NCBI RefSeq assembly: GCF_018977255.1
Contig: NW_024704743.1
Span: forward strand, 54,810,001-54,874,000
Source: Callorhinchus milii
Lineage: Eukaryota
Length of the DNA stretch: 64,000 nt
Reading direction: 5' to 3'
Made by a program: the position numbers and the translations under genes. Each line of letters opens with the position of its first letter. The first letter of the stretch is position 1. Of the stretch, positions 38,701 to 50,700 are shown piece by piece. The notes under the pieces were generated by a model that saw only the letters and a list, made by a program, of their open reading frames with translations, searched no databases and had not been told where the DNA came from.

Positions 38701-41700
38701 GCAATAAAAGTAAGGAAGCTGCCTGATCCTCACAAGATGGTAATGTTGTTAATGGGATACAGTGCATAATTGTACTGAAAAATTGCATTTACAGACAAAT
38801 GTGCAATTTTCTACAACAACAAGATTACATTTGTATAGTGCCTTTCAAGTGGGAAGGACGTCCCAAGGCGCTGGACAGTGTAGAGCATTTTAGACCCGAG
38901 CAGGGGTCGGGGAAGGAGAAGGAAAGGGAGGGGAAGGGGGGTGGCCGATGCCATGGTCGAAGAGGAGAGACTTGAGGTGGTACTTGAAGGAGGCTAAGGA
39001 GGGGGCGAGGTGAAGTGATTGGGGGATGGAATTCCAGAGGTTGGGAGCAGAATGGCTGAAGGCTCTCCCGCCAATGGTGGGGGGGGGTGGGTCGGGGGAT
39101 GTGGAGCAGGCCGGAGCCGGCTGAGCGGAGGGAGCGGGCGGGTTGATAGGGTGTTAGGAGGACGCAGAGGTAGGGTGGGGCAAGGCCGTGGAGGGCTTCT
39201 ACAAGGTATGTAGTATATAGTTCAATTGATGAGCAATGACCAATCAAGCTGGTGTTTACAACACCTTGCCTTTACAAACTTACTTGTTACAAGTGTTTTG
39301 TGCCAATTATGCAATGTGCCCATTGTAAGGCAACACGACTGTGCTCAGTTTCTTACTTTACTTCTAATGTCTTAATTGCATGGGTTGCATTGTGTAGGTT
39401 TTTGCTTCAAGACATTTTTGCTTATGAAGTAATCAGCAGCCATAGATACACCATCTTGGATCAAACCATGTTCAATTGGGACAGGAGGTAGCACTTATAA
39501 TTTCATTAAAAATGAAATCTGGCCTTGATGAATGAATATCTCTATGAACAGGTTCATGACAAAGAAACGTCAAGTATTGTATTTGCAAAATTAGTACTAG
39601 GGAAATTGAAAAAGTGGTACCAAACATACTGACAGCTTCTGAATTCTGAGTGGAATCTGTTTATTTATAATGTTATTTACAAAACTGAAGCTATTCTTTC
39701 GTTTCAGAAAATGTGTGGATTTCAAACTTGTAATAATGTGAATAAGCACTTTATTATGATTGATAATAGGTCAAAAGAGGTAGACTGGCAACCTTATTTC
39801 ACTACAAGATTGGTAGATGGCTTTGCTACGCATCTCCATGTTTTCAGAAAAGCTCAACCAAGGACAGAAGATTCAAGACAAAAAAAAGGTAAGAATAGAT
39901 ATTGAACAAAGTATGGTGCATATTTAATATCAAACTTTTTAAAAAATCCGACCTTGATTGCATGCACTAACTTGTGAGAAGCTCTGATACTGTGTAACAG
40001 GCCATTTTCTTGTGTGAGGTGAGGTGGTTAGGGTTGGCAAATACTTGAGCTGTGTACATATCATCACTGATGCCACCATTTCTCCCACAATACCCAGTTT
40101 TCAGTATCAGCGATCGAGGGGCTCCGGCCTGATCGTTTATCACCCGTCTAGCTCAACAGGAATAAGAATAGAATAAAATTACTTCCTGGTCAGTGTGACT
40201 TAGTACCACACCAAGTGATGCATATACTTTAACCAAAAATTGTGAGTTTGATTTGTTTGTAATAGATTATTAACAAATATTTTATAATTTGTTAGATATT
40301 TGCAAGTCTAGAAAATAGTTTGGTTCACAAATATCCTTGCCAGTTATTAAAAGACTTGCAAATTTGATCAAAATATTCAGTAAATTTAGTTTCACTTTAT
40401 TCATGTAAAACTGCCTCCCTATTAATTTAAATTCACTTCAAAATCATAGCAAATATAGCATTGGAGTTTCCGTTAAGATCATTGAGCTTATGCCAGTGTT
40501 AGTATACCTTCACCTTATTTGTTGGTTTACCTGGATATATATGGAAGTTTATCTACTTTCAAAGGATGAAGAAAACCATTATACAGCACAGAAGGAGGAC
40601 ATTCGACCCACTGAGTCTGTGCTGGCTCTTTGAAAAGAGCTACACAAATCAATTCCATTCCCCCGCTCTCTCCCCATAACCCTGCATACTTGTCCTCCCC
40701 AAATAATGATCTACTTCTCTCTTAAAAGTTGCTATCAAACCGGCTTCCATCACTCTTTCAGGCAATGCATTCCAGATCCGAACAACTCGCTGTGTGAACG
40801 AATTTCTCCTCACCTTCCCTGTGTTTCTTTTTACAATTATTTTAAATCTGTGTCCTCGAGTTTCTGACCCACCTTCCAGTGGAAATAGTTGCTCCTTGTT
40901 CACCCTATCGAATCCCCTCATAATTTCGAAAACTTTTATTAAGTCTCCTCTTAACCTTCTCTGCTCCAAGGAGATTAATCCTAGCTTCTCTATCTCTCCT
41001 GATAACTGAAGTCCCTCATTCCTGGTACCATCCTGGTAAATCTACTTTGCACCCTCTCCGATGCCTTGACATCCTTCCTAAAGTGTGGTGCCCAGAACTG
41101 AACATAGTCTCCAGCTGAGGCCTAACCAGTGCTTTATAAATATTCTTCATAACTTCCTGACTTTTGTATTCTATGCCCCTATTTATAAAGCCTAGTATCC
41201 CGTATGTTTTTTTAACAGTTTTATCTACCGATCCCGCCACCTTCAAACATTTACTTATATGAACCCCCAGGTCTCTCTGTTCCTTCACCCCCATTAAGAT
41301 TGTACCATTTAGTTTATATTGCCGCTCCTCATTCTTCCTCCCAAAATGCATCACTTCACATTTCTCCATATTAAGCTTCATCTGCCACATGTCCGCCCTT
41401 TCTACCAGTCTGTCTATGTCCATTTGTAGTCTGCTACTATCCTCCTCACTGTTTACTACTTTTCCTATCTTAGTATCATCTGCAAACTTGGAAATTGTAC
41501 TCCCTTGTCCCAAGTCCAGGTCATTTATAGAGATCAAAAACAGCAGTGGTCCCAATACTGACCCCTGGGGGATACAACTGCACACTTCCCTCCAAACAGA
41601 AAAACAACCATAGTTGATGTAATTATCTTCATTTTGTACAATTGGAGAATATATAGATTATTTAGATTTTTTTCCATCTAAACCCTTTCTGTATGATCAG

Positions 41701-44700
41701 TGCACCTTTCCATGGCTGAAATGGTAATTTAGCAAATTATTGATTTTCTTCCATTAAATGTAATGTAAAACATTCTTTTTCTGCCTGACTTTGAGGTCTG
41801 AAACATAATACAAATTTACGAATAACTTCTGCGGATTACCTTAAAAAAAAGCTTAATACTGCAATGGAAGGAGTGTAGGATTGGTTTTCTGGAAGGATGA
41901 GGTCAGAGGGTCAAAGGGCCTTCTTCATCCAAATCAATCTTGTGGCTACTGATTTTCAGGAGGAGTCGTTATTTGCGACTCTACAGTCTCTGTTAACAAA
42001 TCTGGATAGTGAATGTTACATTGTTTTGTTTTCCTTCTGGATCAATTGGCTAAATGATGTGATTAGCAGCTAATAAGCTTAATGAACATTAATTCCACCT
42101 TATATAAGGAAATGACTCAGTTGGTAGCACTCGCTTCTGAATCAGAAGACTTGATTTAAGCCCCACACTGGGACTTTGTACTTATCTAAGCTGACACTAT
42201 TGCAGTACTTGGGTTGTGTCGCAATGTTGGAGGTGTCTGATGTGAAACGTGCTATATTAAATGCAAGTGTTGGTCTTTTTGGCTTTGGTGGGTACATATT
42301 TTCTGTATCACAGGAACTAGAATTCTCCATTTTCCCTTATCCTGTATTCATCAATTGAAATTGTTAGTCAAATACTAACAAGAACAGGTTAGGTTGTTTG
42401 TTGACATGATGCACAACCAAATTTTCTAGCATAGGCAGGTTAGTGATTTTTGTGCGTGACAGCAGGAAGTGGCGTTCCCAATGACCTGCAAGTTGGCCAC
42501 TTTTTGTGTGGGAAGCTGAGATAGCTTTTTGTGCACATGTGGAGTGATGTCAACTTTCACATGACCAGTGATATTACGATGCAGAAGCACTGCCTGTGAT
42601 TACGCTAATTATAACAGTTTGGTTTTTTTATTGACTCCCAACTACCTCGAGTTATAATGGATCTGCACTAGAGTGTTATTTTTAATCAGTAAAATGATTC
42701 TATCTGCTATTTCAGATACATCCGAAGAATTAATTGAAACCTTCTTTGAAGTTGAGGTGGAAATGGAGAAAGATGTCTGCCGCGATCTAATTTGTACTTC
42801 AACTAAAGATGAAGAAGGTTTGTTCTTTTAAAAAAAACATATAACCAGTACTTTCATTTTAGCATATCTATTGTACTTGGTGCTTGTTTGCTGTGAAGGA
42901 AGAAGAGGGAAAGGAGAATTTAGGAGGAATTTATTGATCCAGAGAGTTGTTGGAATGTGGAATGCCCTGCTGAGTAGGGTGGTGGAGGCAAGAGTCAGTC
43001 CATTGTAGCTTTCAAGAGGGAACCAGACAGGCATATAATAATCAAAAGGCAAGATACTGCAGATGTTGGAAATTTGAAATAAAAACAGAATTCGCTGGGA
43101 AAACGCAGCAGGTCAGGCAGCATCTATGGAGAGAGGAAAGTGAGTCAGGTCGATAATCTTTTGTCAGAACTTCCCATGCCAGCACAGGAGATGTAACACT
43201 GCCTGTTCTCCTCCTCCCATATCACTGTCCAAGTCCCCAAACACTGCTTCTGATTAAGACAGTGATTTACATGTACTACCACCGATGTAGCTTACTGTAT
43301 TCGCTGCTCACGATGCCGTCTCCTACATCGGTGAGACCAAACGCAGATTGGGTGATCGCTTTGCCGAACACCTACGTTCCATCTGCAAGTGCAACCCTGA
43401 GCTTCCGATCGTTTGCCACTTTAATTCTCCTTCCCATTACCTCTCTGTCCATGGCCTCCTATGCTGTTCCAATGAAGCACAACAGAAGATCGAAGAACAG
43501 CACTTCATCTATCTCCTACGCATCTTACAGCCCTCTGGGCCTCAAAATTGATTTTAACCACTTCAGACCTTAAACACAACTCCCATCTTCTCTCAACCTT
43601 GCCTCCCCCTCTTCTTTAACCATTCACACATCCTCTGGGTCTTAGACGCATCTTTTCTATCTATAATCTCCTACTATTGCCTTCTTTTGTCTTGCACCAT
43701 CAACACCTCTGTGTTGACATCAGCTCCTGTCCTCCACTTATTTTTATTCTGACTTTCTATTACCGCCCCCTTCTCTGTTTGTCCTTATAAACTGCTCCCT
43801 TCCAACATCCCCCAGTTCTGACGAAAGGTTGTCAACCTGAAATGTTAACTCACTTTCCTCTCTCTACAAAGGCTGCCTGACCTGTTGAGTGTTCCCAGCA
43901 CTTTCTGTTTTTATTCCAGGTACATCATAATAATCCTTGCATTTGATATAGCGCCTTATCTGGTCTTCTAGACAACAACAACAAGATTGCATTTATAGAG
44001 CGCCTTTCACGTCGGGAGGACGTCCCAAGGCGCTGGACAGTTGAGTCGGGACCCGAACAGGGGGTAAATGGTCAAGGTGAGGGGAGGGAAGGGAGGGAGC
44101 AAGGAGGGGGTAGAGAGTCGAGAGGGGAGCTGAAGGCACGGTTGAAGAGAAAGGTCTTGAGACCAGCCTTGAAGGAGGAAAGGGAGAAAGCAAGGCAAAG
44201 GCACTGGGGGATGGAGTTCCAGAGCCTAGACGTTTCAAAGCATTCACAGATTACACTGTAAAGTGAATTGACTGTATATTTTGTGGGCGAAAAGCAGCAG
44301 CCAATTGCGCACAGCAGTGTCCCACAAATAGTAATGGATTGAATGACCAAATACTTATCATTATTTATGCCCCCTTATTGTGTCAAGTCACAACAGCTTC
44401 AGATTTGAAATGGCCATCTTATCAAATCCTTTCATAATTGTAAAGACTTCTTTCTATATACTGAAAAAAAGGGCAGACATTCAAAGAACTTGCAACTATT
44501 TTCAGGATTTATACTATGGTATCAAAGTCTGATCACTCAATTGAAAGCAAATTAGAATGGCAGTGATATAGTAGGTTATCAGCTCGGCTAAGGGGCTGTG
44601 GCAAGGCAAATATTCAGGGAAGAAAGAAATCACTTGGTAGAAGAATTAACCCTGAGGGATTCTCATTCACTTTGTGGCGACTGATCCCACATTAATGTTA

Positions 44701-47700
44701 GCGGAGGCCTGGGAGCAGATTTCTCCCATCTTCTCATCCAAGCGTAGTGGCTTTTCATTACCAGTCAAAAATAAATACCTGATTTTCATTCAGCTTCTTT
44801 CTCTACATCACTATCTACTGCCAAGGGTAAAGTCACTTCTCTCCAAATACTAAACAGCAGCATTAAATTTTGCAACACAGCTGCAATTCCAGAAAATCAC
44901 TTCAATCTACTATTACCCAAACAAACGGTATAATGATGCACACGTTATCACAGAATAACTGTTGATGTTCTTTGCCGTGGTCTTTAATTGTTCATAAAAG
45001 TTACCATTCAATCAAAATTTATAAGAGAACAAAGCTACAATGAAATCAGTAACATCTCCCATTCTTAGAATATTTCAAAATAGGTAGATATTTGCCCTGG
45101 GTGCGGGTAACAGGGGAAAGGCAGCAGCGGTTATAACTGAACACGTGGAATAGTGAGATGTGTAGTTAGAAGTGTCCTGTATTAATAACAGTCTAAAAGT
45201 ATATTCATAACTAATTGGAAGTGAAACCTGTCCAGATGGTCTGCTCAAAAATAGTAGTGGAAGTAAATTGAATTTCTCACATTTCTGTAAAAGAATTGTA
45301 GACAAATTTGTTAACAGGAATTGCTATTGATCTTCTTTGCTGTGGTCTTTAATTGTTCATAAAATTTACAACCAATCAAAATTTATAAGAGAACAAAGCT
45401 TCAATGAAATCAGTAACATTTCCTATAAAAGAGGTAGAGTACAAATATTGTGTGTTTGAAAACTTTATCTTCCAGTTGTATGAATCATTTGACTGAAAGC
45501 TATGGATTTGCAAGCATCATATTCTGTAACTAACAGCATTTTGCAGGTTCAGATAAGAAATGAGGGAGGATAGAACCACTCTCCCCCTCACACTGTAAAC
45601 AAACCTTAATTATAATAATCTCATTGTTTCTAATAATGTGTGGGCATGTGAAAGAGCATAAGATGAACATACCTTATCTCTCCCAGCATGTTTGTATCAA
45701 AGAAAGTCTTCTTAGCTGTGATTGTCCACAAAGCTGTAGATAAATATCAATATAAATTTTGAACCTATCTGATTTAAGTACTTGGTTTTGTTATAGTTTC
45801 TTCTAGGAGACTGTAATCCTTTACGTGATCTCTTCAAGAAAGCTTGCATGGGCCGAATGGTAGCCTGTGTCATAAATTTCTATGGATGCTTTCTTTTGTA
45901 GGATAGTGGATGTAATTGGTTAATCGGCTTGAATTAACCAATTATATCCACGCAGAGATGCAGTTTGACAAACATAGAACAGAGCCATGCAATTGAAGTC
46001 TGATGTCCTCCCAGCAAGCAATATTGATTGATCACGAACAACTAAGAAAGTTCTTGCAAAAATGAAAGATTCAGTGCTTTTGCACCAGGAGATGTGATTG
46101 GTATATTGATGTTAAATATTTCCCTCTTTCAGCGTTCCTGAGAGATCTTTGTGAAGTTTTATTATATTTGCTTCTACCTCCTGGAGACTTCCATAACAAA
46201 AACATGAGATACTTCCTGAGGGTAAGAACTCTAGGTTTTCATAGTGACAGGGGTTTTAAAAAATCATACATGAATTGTGTAGGTCAATTGAAATGAGTTC
46301 TGCAGTTATTACTATCGATTCCTAACAGTGCTGTTACCATTGTACTCATCATTCTGGAGATAATGGTGATGGTATTCTAGCAAACTTTAGTCTGGTGACT
46401 TTCCCAGATATGTTACTTGGCACTAACCTTTCACTTGAATGAACATTGTTCAGTCATGATTTCAAAAAAAATGTAAAAATAACTGAAAGGACAGAGTTTT
46501 ACTTATGCTACCACAATCCAGCATATACAGACTGATGGATGGCTGGTAGTGTTAAAGCTGTAACACAGTTGAAGGATTCCATTTTTTTAAAATCGAGTTT
46601 TAATTGTGTGTTTGAGCCCTAAAATTATTTTATGCAATCTACTCCCAAGTCATTTTATTATGTTCTTTAGCTAGCTTTTTATATGTTCACTGCTTAATAT
46701 TGTATGACTACTCTATGACATTTCTATTGGAATGCTGTGATGTCAAATTATCAGAGGGGTACAAGGATTAGGAAACTCCTCATCCTGATGAATTTGATGA
46801 TTGGAAGAAAAAATAGTAGTTTTTGTTTCTCAAGAAACTGTTACCAGGATATCATTCCATATTTATTTAATTTTCTGATCTTTATCCGGTACCATAATAT
46901 TATTTCTTGTTCAAGTTTGTGCAATACTGATTGCTGCAAATATTTAAAGCTGACCCATAGGCCAATAGAAAATTGCACCGGTAATTTTTTCATGGAATCC
47001 ACAAAAACAACCATCCCTGTGAAAACCAGGAAAAGTGAAGTTGACTCGGTGCCCAGGCCTCTGTACGCCATTGCTGCCAGCTGTTTGGTTGACATATAGG
47101 CTTTGGCGCCTCTGTGCGCATTACTGTGGCAGAGCAGCTCTGGGTGTGCATCCATGGCCCGGGTAAGAAATGAGCTTCACTCACTGGTGAGTGAGCCACG
47201 GCCCTGCACCCATTGGCCATTGAGATTATTTGCAGTCACACAATTACTGTGTGCATGTGTTTGTGTGTGTCTCTCCTTTCTCTGTATGTGTATGTCTCTG
47301 GATATGTGTGTACGTGTGTGTCCTTTCTGTGTCTGTGAGTGTGTGTATGTGTATATCCCTGTGTCTGTCTCTGGGTGTCTGTGAAGTAGTGGGTCCCAAG
47401 AGTCAGGATGTGATGATCTCCTGCTGCCCTGCATTCAGGATACTGGCAAAAATGGCGAGCAATGCTGGTGTTTGGCGGATCTCCAGGCCTTCAAATGTAA
47501 TGCAGGGTAGAAACGGACAATTCAGGTCTCCGATGGTGTTTTTTTCCCCCCAAGTAGCCCACCCAGATTTTGTTAAACAAAGCATTAACAAATTTTTTTT
47601 TTTTTTTTTTTGGAACTATCTACAATGTGTTATTTCTTCATGATCAGTTGTTATCAATAAAGTGAAAAAATGTAGGTTGGCAGTAAAATGTGCCTCTCAA

Positions 47701-50700
47701 CGGCACAAATCAATTCCCCACAATTTTCCGCAAAATTTGTCAAATTTCGCCACAATTTTTGGCAAACATTTCCACAATTTTCTATTGGCCCTGCCCATAG
47801 TTTGGTATACAACTGTGATAGAAATATTGTGACAGTGATATCTACGTTGTTTAATCATTGCCATGATTCCAAAGCATTTTCAAACAACAAACATTATTTA
47901 TTTGAAGTTGAATGTGGAAGGTTTTCAACAGAATCACATTTTAAGTTGTGAAACTGGTGATCAATTATTGCAATTAACTTATATCTTTTAAAGAACACTA
48001 ATTGCACAAAGTAGATTGTTTTTCTGCTCCTGCTCAGTATTCAATTGCAAGAATCCCAGGCTGGTTGTACAGTTTATGGTCTTAGTCATTGAACAACTAA
48101 AAACTTTCAGTGTAAGTGATCTGTCACTCGTGAATGTTCTCAATGGTTCGTCTTACCCAGCAATTATTTTACTGCAATTTCTTCATGTGGAAAATAGCTG
48201 CTTACCAATTTTACCTTCATATCGCAAGCATTCCCACTGGCATGATATTTGTACATTTGTCTGGTTTGAGCTTTTATCAAATGCCCTCTCTAACTTGCTT
48301 ACTGTCAACATTGGCTGCCACATTTATCTTCATCCAAGGAAGCTCCTTTCAAGCCTGTGTGGCACGCTCTGATTTCCTGTAGGTGCAAACAACAAGCTCA
48401 GACTAGCCCAGATTGGACAATTCATGAACCAGAATTTGTTTTACAATCTCTGTACGTCGGAGGCAAAGTATATCAATCTCTGACAACTTGAGTGTTTTCT
48501 AATTATACTAGTTTATGGTTGCTAAAGATAAGATTCTATAATCACAAAATAGTATGTATAGGACCAAATAAATGATGTGATACAAAATAGCACAAAATAA
48601 ACCCAATTATCAGCAGTGTCAAAGATGATTTCAGCAACGGAATCTCCTTGAAAGTGTAGACTTTTGTTTGGCCCGGGTTGCACGCTCTTTCTCTCTTCTC
48701 TCTGCAGATGTGCTACTAGCCTGGTGTGTTCTGTTTCATTCCCATGCTGATTATGCTAGTTTTTCATGGACAGATTTAATATTTCCGTGTGTGTGTGTAT
48801 GTGTGTATATATATATATATACACACACACACAGAAATATTAAATCTGTCAGTGAAAAACTAGCATTATATATATACATATACAAATTTCAAATAACCAT
48901 TCAATTCCTGAGCCATTTGCCCTTTGAATCTTAACCTTATTCAGTTCATGAAGCATTCCATTTGTGAGGGTGAACCTCAGTCCTTGTCACTTGATATTGT
49001 TTTTAATTTCAGCAAAATACTGTTCAAAAACTAGGCTTATTCACACTTTGGTGTGAACTACCTTTCTCCAACTCAACGTCGATGCAACTGAGGCTAACCG
49101 ACTCGGCTCTCATCAGTGCCTCCTCACCTCAGGTGCTAACCATATCAAACTCCCTCACCCCAAATCAGAGTGAGAATGTGTGCAGAACCTAAGCGTTTTG
49201 TTCACCCATGACTCTCCTTTAACCTTTCAACCGGCTCTGACATGAAAGGTGCTATATAAATGCAATTTGTTGTCGTTGACCATGTCTGCTTCCCTTCTTC
49301 TCCGAACCTCTGCCACTACCTCACCTGCCTTGCAGCTGAAGCCCCTATCCATTTTTTCTGACTCCAGATTTGACTTCTCTAATTCTCTTAAGCTAACTCC
49401 ATATCAATTTGTTCGCTCCCTCTCTTAGCAGGCTCTAGACTGCTTCATGACCCCCGCCCAGCCCACCCCACCATCAGAAGTCAGGCCTTCAGCCGCTCTG
49501 CCCCTACCCTTTGGAATACCTTCCCACAGTCCCCTAGCCTCACTCCCTCGCCACCATCAAGGCTTGTCTCAAGACCCTGCTCAAGACATTCCTCTTTGAC
49601 CGCACCTTCAGTCAACCTCCTACTTCTTCTCTCCCTATCCTCCACTCCTCCTGATCCCAACTCGGGTCCAAATCCCTGTCTGTCCAGCACCTTGGGACGT
49701 CCTCCCGACATGAAAGGCGCTATGTAAATGTAATTTATTGTTGCTCTGTTCACTCGCCTTCTAGCTCCATTTTCCACAAACTTTGCAGCCCACATCCTCT
49801 CTTGCATGGCTCTGTGAGCTCATCATTCCCATCCTCGCCAGGTTCTACTTGTTCCGTATCCAATACATGGATCAATCTTAAGATCCCTGCCCTTACCTTT
49901 AAAAGCTTCTATGGCCATTCGCCACCTACAATCTCCTGCAACTCTACTCCCCCAAGACTCACTCACTTCTGCCTACTGTGGCCTGCTTCAGTCTCCATCC
50001 CGCTAGCAGACGCACCTTCAGATCTTTTGCCATGCCCTCTGGCACTCTTCTGAAATCCCTTCCTCTCAGTTTTCAGAACCTGTTGATTATCCTCTCCTTT
50101 TGATTTTGGCCTATTTCCCCCTGCACCCCCCATTTAGTTTTTGTAAAGCATTTTTAAGATGTTGTTGGATAGAACCTCAGGGAATATCCCTTTGTTTTTT
50201 TTTGTAGAAAATAGTGCATGGACAGTTTTTTAAATTGTGAAACCCAATTAATCATTTGAAACTGTGCCTTGCAGATTCGGAACGTGCCGTTTTTGATGAG
50301 CTATTGGATGTCAGTCAGTGTATTATTAGCATTACAATTGGCCTTAATGCTCCAGGATTTAAGGTTGGGAAACATTATTGAAGACTCCCATTCATTATTG
50401 CTATCCAGTGACCTCAGCTGGAAATGGCAACTATGTGAATAGGAACTGGGGATGGGCTATTCGACCCATGCATCCCGTTCCACCATTTTAGTTTACACAA
50501 AAAGTGCCAAATATGTGAAATATGGGGAGTCAGATTGTGTCAGCAACTTCTAAAGCGAATTCACACAATTAAAAATGGTGTAGGGTTTTGTTTTACTTTG
50601 GGATCAGCTGTATAGACCATAATAGTATCTTCCCATCTTGTACATTCCTATGTTTCTGTGAAATGTGATATGTGGTTTCAATTTTGTTTAGCAGATTTTC

